Part shown: one piece after another, positions 24,236-36,853 of the stretch
How the letters are laid out: each line of letters starts with the position of its first letter
Numbering within the stretch: position 1 is the stretch's first letter
NCBI RefSeq assembly: GCF_003918875.1
Contig: NW_025767371.1
Location: 310,001 to 374,000, forward strand
Source: Haliotis rubra
Lineage: Eukaryota
Length of the DNA stretch: 64,000 nucleotides
Direction: 5' to 3'
The notes under the pieces: generated by a model
The model's database searches: none
The model's input: only the letters and a program-made list of their open reading frames with translations
What the model was told of the DNA's origin: nothing
Translations under genes and position numbers: made by a program

Positions 24236-24400
24236 GGGCCGGTGGGGTAGCTTTGTGGTTAAAGCGTTCGCTCGTCACGCCGATGACCCGGCTTCGATTC
24301 CCCACATGGGTACAAGGTGTGAAGGCCATTTCTGGTGTCCCCCGCCGTGATATTGCTGGAATATTGCTGAAAGCAGCGTAAAACCCAATTCAATCACTGT
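24236..24400 (+). mobile_element. tRNA-derived SINE family B
   Basis: A/B boxes, conserved body and tail. Confidence 0.8.
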
Positions 24401-25148
24401 TGCTAAAACCTCTCATAGACGAGGTTTCTGGTGGCTCAGCCAGGTTCAGTTATATACCACTGACACGTTTTCACAGTTAATTTATTGAAGACAATGGTGA
24501 AAATAACATTGAAAGCATATTGTTAATTCACAATCTTTAAACAGAATCAAACAATGTTAACAATATGTACAAAAGTTGCGCATATTTAGTTACATTGCAT
24601 TCAATTAGAGTAATATACTTTGTCATGTCGGGTTGACCTGGACAAGCATGATGTCACACTGACATTTCATGCCCATCTTTTTGCTGATCACTTCTTTGAT
24701 TAGAGAATTTGCAGGGAAACGAGTGGCGCCACGGAAATAGACATCCCCGTACGATGTTTACTCCTCATCTTCACTACGTCCGTGGCATCACTCGGTTGAG
24801 ATTAGGTATTTTTAAAGAGCAGGCTAAATTAACGGGGAAAACAATGCAAAACCAATATAAAGAACAACTAAATTTGACTTCGCTGTGTCCAGTAGAACTG
24901 ACTGAGATTCATATTTAATTAATATTGAGCAAACTTGGAAAAGCCTTTACAAATCTATCTGATATCAGTGTGAAACCAATTATTGGCACTCAATGCTCCA
25001 TTATCACACACTTGAGACTCAAGTCTAAACAACTAAAACATCAAAAGAAAATAATCCTGAACAGTAGAGAGGAAATGACTCATTCTCGGTTATCCAGAGG
25101 ATCCAGTGGATAAACAAGGCTAATGGCCTGGAACAGCCCTTAGTCGTT

Positions 25149-28100
25149 TCAACAGTCAATAAGTAGTGCTGTCTCCTCATCCGACGACATCCCGGTTGTG
25201 CTGCTGCTGTGGAAACTTACGGGCACGGGGGTGGTCTCTGGGGGCTGGTCGGCCTCCCCTTGTTCACCAACCCCACAATACTTGGCAAGACTTTTCTTGA
25301 ACTCCCTGGAAGGCGCATCTGCTGGGGAGGTGCTGCCGCCAGAAAGCCCCATAGAGCTCATAAGCTGGTAGCTGTAGGGGTTGGTTGCTGACGGGGGTGG
25401 TGGAAGGAAGGGCGGGGTCTGCTGGAAGGGGGACTCGACAGCGTGATAGTTCTTGTAGGCAGCTGCTGCCGACGGGGTGGGTCTGGTGAAGGGGGGTAGG
25501 GTGCTGTACATTGGGGTGTAGGGGGATGCCTGGGGGTAGTAACTACTGGGATAGAACTCGCTGGGGAAGAATGGCTCGGTTTTAAACGTTCTTTGCGATC
25601 CCTGGCGAAGTCCCATTGCTGTGGAAGTCGTTGTCGATGATGTCGGACCTGCATAGGAGATAATGGAATCCGATATGTTCGTAAATACACTTTGACTTGC
25701 ATTGTTGGTCAACACTGGAATTTACGCCCACTCATGAAAATGGTCTGCATTGTCACTAATTTGCCAGTTACCCTATAAAATAGTTCCCTCCTCTGTGTCA
25801 TTATAGGGTGCTGTTCTGAGTTACCTCCTTTCTCGTGTCATGATCCTGATTCGATCCCAGAAAGATCAGACAGCACTAAGGGACCGTTCATATTTATGGG
25901 GGTGGGGTGGGGGTGGGGTTTGATGATGATTCGCCGTGATGGGGTTCACCAGTTTTGTTCTGGGGAGGTAGGGGTCATCAATTTTGTACACATGTTCCTT
26001 GGTAGGGGGTCATCAATTTTGTACATAACAGTATTTAAAAATTATGCTTTACAATATTGGAAGGGCGAGGGGTCATTGATTTTGTACATGACATGCAGGG
26101 GGGTCTCTTACTTTGTACATAAATTTTAGGGGGGTCATTCATATTGTACATGCTTCTCCATAAAAATCATCATCAACTCCACCCCCACTCCACCCCACCC
26201 CCCGCCATAAATTATGAACGGTCCCTAAACATACATTCGCTGGCTTGTTGGTATACTCTCAATGATAGCTGACACTTCCTGATAAAACTGAAACACTGTT
26301 CAAGCTAAGTTAAAACAAACTCTCATTCCGTATCACGCCTAGGGGTTCATGCCCACCCATTCAATTTTGTCACCTTCAACATGCACTTGTCAGTTGGTCC
26401 GCTCGAGTTTTTTGATGACATTTTGAAAATGTTTCTACTACAAACACTTGAAAGATACACTTGCTTACCTGGGTTTATTGGCCAATCCATTCCATCTCGG
26501 CTTGTCTCTTCTGAAAAATTAACACCTGAATGAAGTATTTTAAGAGTTATTATACGTAGATATTGCTGGTTGCCATACAATCAACGAAAGATAATACTGA
26601 TAAATCACCCGCTTTAATGACGATTATCCCTGATATTTGAACAGGTATTTTGGGTATGTGATGTTCAAAATATTAGACTCGACAAGGGCAGTTGGCAGTG
26701 CATATGCACTGAACTCAAAGGCTGTACACAATTTCAAATTTGTGTAAGTCACGTATATAGGTACTTGTAAACATCGAATAGTATAGCTACGCATAATCGT
26801 GTTAGATTATAAGTGAACATCATCTTTCATCTATGAAACCCCGGGCCGGAAGGGTGGCCTAGTGGTTCAAGTGTTCGCTCTCTCCACCAGAAGGCCAGGT
26901 TTCGATGACTAACAAAACCCTTTTCTAGCGTACACTACCGCCATGGGGTACTTTTAAATTTAATGGGCTCAAGAAAGAGGACACTCGCCGCTTTGCATCT
27001 ATTTCAAACTGATAAACCCGAAACAATAGGAAGTAAAGCATCCTAGGCTTTCTGATGTAAGGAGTACGACGTGAATAGTCCAGTTGTAGTTATCTCCCTT
27101 GACTGAGCCGTACACTTGAACATGTTTCTCACCTTTCTGAAGACGTATAATGGTCTGGCGTAGGTTGCCTGTTTCCACGAGGACGGCGTTGAGTCGACCG
27201 ACGCTGATTTGGGGGAACTGTTGTCTCAGTGACTGGAGGTTTGTCCCGGCCAGCGAGCTGATGCCTCGGCCTGTAAGGCAGATACCGTATTTCCTGGATA
27301 ACACCTTTTTCGATTAAACGTCGTTCAGTAATTATGCACGGTATTTTCCCGATTATTTTCTATTCGGTAGAGAATGAAAGACATACACGCCCTGGCGTTT
27401 ACTGGTGAATACTAGCTTGGATACCACACTGTCCGTGGTATTTCAGGTTTGGAAGTTGTTCTCAGCGAGATCGGGTTCCTGTCTTCTGGCAAGGTTTTCC
27501 TTTTGACTTGTTTAGAAAGGTGAAGAGGTCACAGTTGTCTCCCCTTATGTAGTAGGTCAAGGACAGAGCAATCCGTATATGATGATGACAGGTCAATTAT
27601 GAATCTTAACTTTTTAGAAATAAGGCTGGGGCGGATATATGAGACATCTTGTCGCAACAACCCAACGTTCTGGGGTCAAGACAGGAATCTCCGGCTGTGA
27701 AATCCCTTAACTTAACACTCTCTTCTTAAACACCCAGGTGATCCAAGACGTCAGCACCTGCTCGAGTACACTATACCCGTGTGACCTGGGCCTGACAGCA
27801 CCTCCTCAGGTAAACTACACCTGTGTCTATACCCTGTCGGACAGCACCTACCCGTCAGCACATCCTCAGGTACACTATACCTGTCAGACAGCACCTACCC
27901 GTCAGAACAGTCTCTGGTACACTATACCTGTCTATATCTTGACAGACAGCACGTACCCTGGAGCACATCCGCAGGTACACAATACATGTCTATACCTTAA
28001 TTGACAGACAGACAGACAGCACCATACCCGACTATCCCGTGTCTGAGAGCACCTACCCGTCAGCACCTCCTCTGGTACACTACACCTGTGTCTATACCCT

Positions 28101-29509
28101 GCCAGATAGCACCTACCCGTCAGCACATCCTTAAGTACACTATACCCGACTATCCCGTGGCTGAGAGCACCTACCCGTCAGCACCTCCTCTGGTACACTA
28201 CACCTGTGTCTATACCCTGTCAGATAGCACCTACCCGTCAGCACCTCCCTAAGTACACTATACCCGACTATCCCGTGTCTGAGAGCACCTACCCGTCAAC
28301 ACCTCCTCTGGTACACTACACCTGTGTCTATACCCTGCCAGATAGCACCTACCCGTCAGCACATCCCTAAGTACACTATACCCGACTATCCCGTGTCTGA
28401 GAGCACCTACCCGTCAGCACCTCCTCTGGTAAACTACACCAGTGTCTATACCCTGTCAGATAGCGCCTACCCGTCAGCACCTCCCCTAAGTACACTATAC
28501 CCGACTATCCCGACTATCCACGTGGTCTGAGCACCTACCCGTCAACATCTCCTCTGGTACACTACACCTGTGTCTATACCCTGTCAGATAGCACCTACCC
28601 GTCAGCACATCCTTAAGTACACTATACCCGACTATCCCGTGTCTGAGAGCACCTACCCGTCAGCACCTCGTCTGGTATACTACACCTGTGTCTATACCCT
28701 GTCAGATAGCACCTACCCGTCAGCACATCCTTAAGTACACTATACCCGACTATCCCGTGTCTGAGAGCACCTACCCGTCAGCACCTCCTCGGGTACACTA
28801 CACCTGTGTCTATACTCTGTCAGACAGCACCTACCCGTCAGCACATCCTTAAGTACACTATACCCGACTATCCCGTGTCTGAGAGCACCTACCCGTCAGC
28901 ACCTCGTCTGGTATACTACACCTGTGTCTATACCCTGTCAGATAGCACCTACCCGTCAGCACATCCTTAAGTACACTATACCCGACTATCCCGTGTCTGA
29001 GAGCACCTACCCGTCAGCACCTCCTCTGGTACACTACACCTGTGTCTATACTCTGTCAGACAGCACCTACCCGTCAGCACATCCTTAAGTACACTATACC
29101 CGACTATCCCGTGTCTGAGAGCACCTACCCGTCAGCACCTCGTCTGGTAATACTACACCTGTGTCTATACCCTGTCAGATAGCACCTACCCGTCAGCACA
29201 TCCTTAAGTACACTATACCCGACTATCCCGTGTCTGAGAGCACCTACCCGTCAGCACCTCCTCGGGTACAGGTATCGATCGTCCCGCCTCCTCATCCTGC
29301 ACCTGGCGACGACGGAGGGCGATCTGTTCCCGGGACACCTTCTGTCTCTGCGCACTCAGACAGCAGCTACTACAGCTACAGTTAGCGAACAGACAGAAGC
29401 GCTTGTGGCCCTTCAGGGGGCTGATGATGGCATGGTTCCGACATCGCGCGCAGGAACGTAGCTGTGTGTTTTTCTTCTTTTCTTTGGTAGTCGTAAAATT
29501 CTCGGCCAT
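25149..29509 (-). CDS. dmrt1-like: Doublesex/Mab-3 related transcription factor (Dmrt1-like), 335 aa
   Basis: Exons 29509-29248, 27270-27133, 26510-26469, 25714-25149 (total 1008 nt, all introns phase 1, GT-AG). DM domain CARCRNHAIISPLKGHKRFCLFANCSCSSCCL..RQKV..EQIALRR. Exon 2 encodes a degenerate DMA/CUE-like helix (LRQQFPQ..RLNAVL..GNLRQTIIRL). P/S/Y-rich C-terminus. Subfamily assignment is inference. Confidence 0.92.
25880..26225. mobile_element. PIF/Harbinger-type MITE in Dmrt intron 3
   Basis: TIR gggaccgttcata / tatgaacggtccc, TAA TSDs, long G-rich/C-rich subterminal inverted arms. Confidence 0.8.
27765..29270. repeat. Minisatellite, 118-bp dimer (60+58 bp), made of the Dmrt DM-exon end plus donor site
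   Basis: Constant gcacctacccgtcagcac in every monomer; ~10 dimers at 28049-29270 plus degenerate monomers to ~27765. The last unit is the real exon/intron junction. Confidence 0.95.
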
Positions 29510-29794
29510 TTTGTACCTGTAATGTTTTATAATCACCTTCTTTGAGTTATGCACGGCACTTGAAAAGTGACAGACAAATTCCGTATTTACGGACTTGAAA
29601 CTTATTATTTTCTTAATAATGATGGTGATGATGATGATAATAATAAATAATAATGAAATACCTTAGAAAATTGTTTTTTAATATTTTTCTTCGTATTCAT
29701 AATTCATGATCACCCGGAATAATCCTGCATTTACCGACTGCAACTGACTGACGAGATAATCATATTTTATTATTTGATGTTCACAATAGAATAC

Positions 29795-29990
29795 GACCCG
29801 TGAAGGTCCGGGTTAAAATTGGCAACCCATGTTTGTAGTAAGAGGCGAGTAACGGGATCGGGTGGTCAGGCTCGCTGACCTGGTGGACACATGTCATCGT
29901 ATCCCAGTTGCGTAGATCGATGTTCATGCTGTTGATCACTGGATTGTTTAGTCCAGACTCGATTATTTCCAGACCGCCACCATGTAGCTT
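29795..29990 (+). mobile_element. SINE-like family A
   Basis: acccgtgaag..gtaagaggcga..gggtggtcagg body, opposite orientation to the 9114 copy. Confidence 0.8.
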
Positions 29991-31451
29991 TACAAAACAT
30001 GTCCCAAAGAGTGTTTCACATATCAGTAATTAATTAAGTCTAGATAAGCGATTTTGGCCATGAACATGTATGATCTATGATGTGGTTTGGAACCTTATCG
30101 GTGCCACATGTGTGCACAAGACAATTAAAAAAAATCTTGAAAATATATTTGGGTCATTTTAAAAATTGGTAGGATTTTCATTTCCTTATTACAGTAAAAT
30201 TAAACTCCTGAAAATTGATTTAATTTTTATTCAAATAAAATCTCAAACACTTAATTATTCAAAAATACAAACATGCAGGCTCAAATTTACTAATTGGCCT
30301 TTAAATTGATACATAAGTAATTAATAGGGTGGGGGAAAGTTCGACCGTTGCCACTTCTTAATCAAAACAAGGATTTTGAAACATAATTCATAAAAATCTT
30401 TGAAACATGGCAGACACAGCTTTTACACCGGCTTAATCAAACTTGAAGGTAAAAACTATTATCATGAATCTTGAAAGTGATATTTTGTATCTTTCATTTA
30501 TTTACCACAAAATAGTAGCATTTATCTAAAACATTCTTATGTATTTAGAAATTGTAACTTGTAACAAATGTGACATGTTTTCTCCCTTGCTGTGGTAACG
30601 GTTTGGACATTTGTTATATCAATATGAAACTTGTGAATGAATTTAGGGTTTTGAATAAAAACAAATGTAGCTTCTAAGGAACAGAAAAAAATCACCTGTC
30701 TAGATTCAAAATCACTTATAATCTAAAGAAGAGTGCCATTGGGGAACAAAAATTGAATGAATAGTAACGGTTGTGACATTATTGGTAACGGTCAGGACAT
30801 CAGTGTAACAAACAAATGTTATCCCTTTAAAAAGTTGCAAAAGATTAAATTCTGAAAGGTACTGCAACAACTATGATACTGTACACATGGTCATGCTACA
30901 CAGGCCACTGAATAGATGTCATTTTGGTGTTGATATTATGGTGCAATATTAGTCTCCACGAAATATACTTCTTTCATTCACTCGGATACCTTTAGATTTT
31001 GTTAATAGTGAGATGGTAGCACATACTTATCAAATACAAAGGTGTGGCCAACATATAAGCACCTAGCAATATTCAAAGTAAATGGTAGTCTTACATATCT
31101 CACAGTTAAAGTCAAAACAGTCTACATTTAAAATAATCTTTAAAGGTTGGAATACAATAAAGTTATTTTCCGTTACAACTTTTTGTCCTAACTTTTACCT
31201 TTAATTCATAAAAGATAGATCTTATAGAAAATAGAAACTTAACGTGATAAATTCGTTGTGGTTTTTATTATTTAAAGCAGATAGATAAGTAAATAGATAT
31301 TTATAATCACACCATAGAACATATTCTTCAAAATTGAATTTATTAAAGATATGTCCAGACCGTTACTATTATTTGTTCAAACCGTTACTAGAGATGTGTT
31401 TTTTAGGCTACTACATCAAATCTCCTTTGAACAGTATAATTCCATGCTTAA

Positions 31452-32524
31452 AGGTCACATACAACGTAAAACACAACTTTGCAGACTCTGATACCTTTCG
31501 GTATGGACTTATCAAAACAAATCATCAAAAATGCAAATTCAACTTAGAAAGTTGAAAAATAACGCGATGAAAAAAACCGCACGAAATCGGAGTTCAAACG
31601 ATTCACTAATTTTCTCCCCGACTTTTCGGGGAAAAACTGGTTACAACAGCTGGGCTGCGCTCATAGCATGTGCGCAATGAAATAGGTTCGCGCAACTTGG
31701 AAGCGGGCTGTCGGGTGAATACTCGGTGAAAGCTTTGGTGTGAGCTATTTTCCTAATGTTTTGTTGATATCTCACAGGCGCGAGCTTTTTTTATGTTATG
31801 ACAGTAAATTAACTGTTTATATAATTTCATTTGTCTATTTCACCACACGTTCTTCTTACCGAGTCACTTTCTCAGTTCGATACTTAAAAGCAATGTCATT
31901 ATTTAGCGTTGACACAATTTCTAACTGTGATATAGATATGTCGGTGTCACAGACAAAACTCAAGGTCTTGTTTTATTGACACATGTGTGTCTGCCTGCCT
32001 GTCTGCTAATGACAATATTCAATTCACAACTGCGATCACTGACCACATGCAATTTGAACTTAACACCAATCAGGCTATACACCATAAACAAAACGCATTG
32101 ATTTATGGCCCGAGTTCGGTCGCTGTCACATTATGTAATTACACAGACAGGCGGGTGTGATACTTGAACACATGACATGTTATGTCGTCTGTGGATTGCA
32201 AAATGTTATACACAAAAAATGAGCATGCATTTACAAAACCCAACATCTCTATATATACACACACAATGAACCGTGAAGGCATCTGCAAATGAACCAGCCG
32301 TTACACTTGAGTGCACACCCACCCGCTCTGACTGGGTTCGGTATCCCGGCTGCTTCGTTTCTTGGGAAGTAAACCGAAGTACACAATATTGCACTTTTGA
32401 TTTGCGATTGTACGCTTATAATTTTGTTTATATGTTTTTTCATAACCAGCAATGTATATTATATGTCATGAATAAGTGATAATTGTGTTTTACTTATGTT
32501 TGATTTTTTGGTTGCATGTGACCT
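31452..32524. mobile_element. Non-autonomous DNA transposon with TTAA TSD (Kolobok-like termini)
   Basis: TTAA|aggtcacat(a/g)caac ... gttgcatgtgacct|TTAA. A partial second copy lies at 37646-37870. Confidence 0.75.
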
Positions 32525-32619
32525 TTAAACTATCTTAACTCTTAAAGGAATTATAAATTTGTTATATTTCAAATATTAATGAACAACTTTTTGAAATACA
32601 AACCATTTTGTCCTGACCG

Positions 32620-32772
32620 NNNNNNNNNNNNNNNNNNNNNNNNNNNNNNNNNNNNNNNNNNNNNNNNNNNNNNNNNNNNNNNNNNNNNNNNNNNNNNNNN
32701 NNNNNNNNNNNNNNNNNNNNNNNNNNNNNNNNNNNNNNNNNNNNNNNNNNNNNNNNNNNNNNNNNNNNNNNN
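32620..32772. other. Assembly gap (153 N)
   Basis: Run of N. Confidence 1.
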
Positions 32773-33591
32773 TTCATCTGCTGTCACATATGCACAGCGG
32801 CTAGCTCAAGCAGACACAGGAAGTAGAATAACAATCCAGCTCCAGGGTGAAATTATTGCAGGAATTCCATACACTTCAGCTGGTAACGGTCAGGACACAA
32901 AATCACAGGACCAGTATGTTCAAATTTGTAAAAAAACCCTTTTTAAGCTAAAACATAAATGCAGTTTGAGTATGCCTGTTCAATCCTAATTGGCATAATA
33001 TGAATTAATTAGTTTATTAGCATTTTATATTTACATTATTTGTGAACATTGATATTAGGACCGTCACCTTCGGACGGAGCAAATCTGCCAGTTTTGACCC
33101 TAAAAATGTGGCTAAATATAAATTAAAATGACAAGACTAATGATATACCACATTTACTGACTAATGAACATCTAAATATGTTTTCTAGCACAAAACAATC
33201 CTTTTAAGTTAACAGAGTTTTTTTTATTTGGAACGAACAGAAAATACTACCAATTTTGAAAATTACTCATTTCTACCTGTTTACATCAAATTTAGTGGTA
33301 TTAAGTGTTTGTTTTTAACAGTGTCATTAATGAACAGGGGAAAAGATCCAGCTTCTACATGGCTAATTCCGTTTCCTTGATAACTTTACGTAAAGTGTTG
33401 TTGAACCAAATTGGTTTGAGATTGCACCCAACGTCCCCTTTACATTCTCTCCATACTGACTGAATGTCAGTTGAAAATTCAAATTAAAACACAACTTTTA
33501 AATTGACAAACTAAAATCTTGGGAAGAGCACTCAGATACAAGACTCACACAGCACGAAAATGCTATCGTTGTGAGGAGTTCCGTCAACTGA

Positions 33592-33622
33592 TGACGTCAT
33601 ATTCTAGGTCACAGTGACGTCA
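33592..33622. promoter_or_regulatory. Two perfect CRE palindromes (TGACGTCA) flanking an AGGTCA half-site; candidate Dmrt promoter
   Basis: TGACGTCA at 33592 and 33615, AGGTCA at 33606, minus-strand GTGAGT donor at 33548-33543. Function is inferred only. Confidence 0.35.
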
Positions 33623-35919
33623 GCTGTTGCTTTTGGCAAGAAGTGGGCGCTGGTTCCCGGCTACTTTTGAGCGCGCCAACTTGCTTAGAAGTGGGCGAGA
33701 AGCAATCCCATAGTTAAGAAATCGCATTTTGGGGTGGGGACGTGAATAACTTTATCATACGCAACATTTGTCAACTCACATACGTTTAAACTTAGCTATG
33801 ACAAAAATGTACCTTGTCCATTCCGCTAATCTACTTTAGATCATGATCGACCGACTAAACGCCAGTGTCGACTTTTCGTTCAATAACTAAATATTAAATC
33901 TGTTAACTTAAATAGCTGCAATTCATTGTTAGTTTTAAAAGATGGTGATGAAATCTGAATGATTCCATGAACATCTACGAATACATAGGTCAACATTCAA
34001 TCATTGTCACTGAAGTTTCTGAACATTTTCAAACTGGCCGTAGATAGACTGTAATGGCTGTCGCCTCCACATCTGCCCTAGATAAATATACAGATCCCGT
34101 ACCTTCCTGCCTACTACGGACTGAGCTCTACATCGATGATCGTATTACTGGCCACACAAGCCTATTATTTATTTGTCTTCAGAAAGACAATTCGGAATGT
34201 AATTCACAATTTCGCAATTTTTACCAATCGACAGACAAGCCAATCGACACCCATCAAGATCCTACATAGATCTATATTCACATATGAAATTCCGACCAAC
34301 ATGCCTGAATTTATTCACATGTGCTTTTATTAGCAGATATTTTCAAGCTGACACTGAGAACATGTCGATTTCATAGGCACTGTTACATATCAAATGCTAA
34401 TACGCGACACACAATAAATGAAATGAACTACAAAGTTGTCAATATCACTGCCTACCTCACTTGCGACCAAAACTCTAAAGGCGGGCACCTTGTAGTACAA
34501 TGTTGATACCATTTCTTTAAAAGGGGGTCACGGTTATCAATCAAAACGAAATACTTTCATGCAACGGACAATATGCAGAATGTACGTGGTCCTATATATA
34601 AATGATAATATTTTAAATGAGCGAAGTAGTAGTTTTTCACACATTTTATACCAATTAAAAATGATTTGGCGAGTTAGACATGACGCACATGCCCATGAAC
34701 TCTTCCCCCAGTGGACTCTTCCAAATAACTAAACTCGTCAAGAAAGAAATAGACAACACTGTGGTGGAGCCATTGTAATTTGTGCCAATGAGTATATAGA
34801 TCAACAATATTCAGCCATACACACTTTCAAATATAACAGAATCATGTTTAAATAATACAATGTAATATGGAGGATAACTTAATCCACTAAACTTGTAATT
34901 TTACAATAAAAAATGTTATTTAATCATTTGTTTAACGCCGCTTTCGTCAATATTCCAGCTATACGAAGGCTGTCAGGTGGAAGTACCGGACAATCCAGCG
35001 ATGGATCACGGGCTGCCAATGAAATGCTAGAACCCGACCTTTCGAACACTGGAGCATGTCAGCGGTTCAGGAGCTTTTTTCACATTCTGGAAAATATAAT
35101 TATGAAAACAATATAGAAAAATGGAGCCGAAAATGAACGCAGAGTCGATTATTTACAGACTGCCTTCATGAATATGTAGGTGGAACATTGCTGAGTGCAG
35201 CAACAACAACTATTGCATTGGTGCTATGTATTTGTCAGATATCTCTGATGATGTGTCATTCACATAACTGTAAGAAGTTAAGTATCTATTTCAGTTAAGA
35301 TATTTCAAAGTGACAACAGTCCCCCGCCGTGATATATAGTGCTGAAATAATGCTAAATGCGACGTAAAACTAAACTGACTCCCTCACTCATTCACTCACT
35401 ACGTGGTCCGTGTGCTGGTAGATGGTGTCATGTCTGTGTCGGCATGGTGAAGTATAGAAATATATACAGTAGAACACGGATATAACGAACTCCAAGAGAC
35501 CAAGAAATTTAGTTCGCTATATCCGTTGTTCGTTATTCACATTTGACCGCCATCTTGGATTGTAGAGATGGAGACATTCACAGACATTACCTATATCATG
35601 TTGATAAATATGAACTGTATTTTTATAATAAAATTGAAATAATACAACTACAACTTAAATAAATTTATTTTTTTAATGAAAATGCAAGCTTACATTTATA
35701 ATGTCCAGATAAATCACGAAAGAAGCAAAAACTGTAGCGATTTTTTTCCATTTGTGACATGTCATAACATGCCCGTGCCTTTTTGTTTTATGTTTTATAT
35801 ATTTATATTGTATGTCAAAATTGGACATCGGTTGTTGAATGTGCATGGTTTGCAAATACGTTTCAGTTCATTAAAAGTAACAGCTACAGATATACTAAGC
35901 TGATTTATGTATCTGTATG

Positions 35920-36242
35920 AGAGCTGAATTGGGACAAGCGTTGAAACAGACATGGAACAACATTCCCCCAAGCTTCTTCAATCGCTTAGTGTCGTCTATG
36001 CGTCGTCGTTGCCAAGCCTGCATCAACGCCAATGGTGGACACGCACGATACTGAATTTGTGAACTGACTCTTGATACCTCATCTCTTCAAGGGCTTGTCA
36101 CGATGCCAAGTGTCAAGTGTTACATATTTCGATGATATCCTGTTAAATGGTGATTAAGGAAAACACCTCAAATCATGTTCTTATCTGTTTGCATTAAGTA
36201 TAACATCAAATAATGCACATATACTTTATTTCACTGGTATAT
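35920..36242 (+). mobile_element. Tc1 transposase 3' end remnant
   Basis: ELGQALKQTWNNIP..LVSSMRRRCQACINANGGHARY*, homologous to the C-terminus of the element at 50395-51924. Confidence 0.75.
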
Positions 36243-36389
36243 ATAATTATATATATGCGGGCATTTACACATTTTGTTTACAAAACCAAACACAAGGGCA
36301 ATCAACTCTTTTCATATAAGTCATTCCTGAGAATTTTTCATGAGGTATTTTCATTTCCATGAAACATCCATGGTTCAACTGTGAGAAAT

Positions 36390-36556
36390 GGGTGGTGGGG
36401 TATCCCAGTGGTAAAGTGTTCGCTATATGATGTTGAAGGCTCGGTCTGATTCCCAACAAGGGTACAATTTGAGAAGCCCATTTCTGGCCTCCCCCTGTTG
36501 TGATATTGCTGGAATATTGCTAAAGGAGGCATAAAACCCAACTCACTCACTCACTC
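36390..36556 (+). mobile_element. tRNA-derived SINE family B
   Basis: Conserved body, (ACTC)n tail; absent from the paralogous site near 52990. Confidence 0.8.
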
Positions 36557-36853
36557 AACTGTGATAATGGTCTGCATGTACCAACAATAGTTCAACTGTG
36601 ACAATGGTTTGTATGTACCAACTATAGTTCAACTGTGACAATGGTCTGTATGTACCAACTATAGTTCAACTGTCGCAGTGGTAGAATAGTTTGTATGTAC
36701 AAACAATGGATCAGCTGTCACAACTGTGAAACACCCCACCCACCCACCCCTCTCTCACACACACACACACACACACACGCACACACATACATCAACCTGA
36801 GTGATGAATCTGAGAGACTTTACACAGCAGGAATGAACTGTATAGGTATTTAC

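Noticed and set aside
28049-29270. CRISPR-like look: constant 18-bp repeat separated by ~40-bp intervals
   Set aside because: The intervals are two alternating near-identical sequences, not unique spacers. The context is a eukaryotic intron with no cas genes.
32562-32989. ORFs spanning the N run
   Set aside because: Artefacts of the assembly gap.
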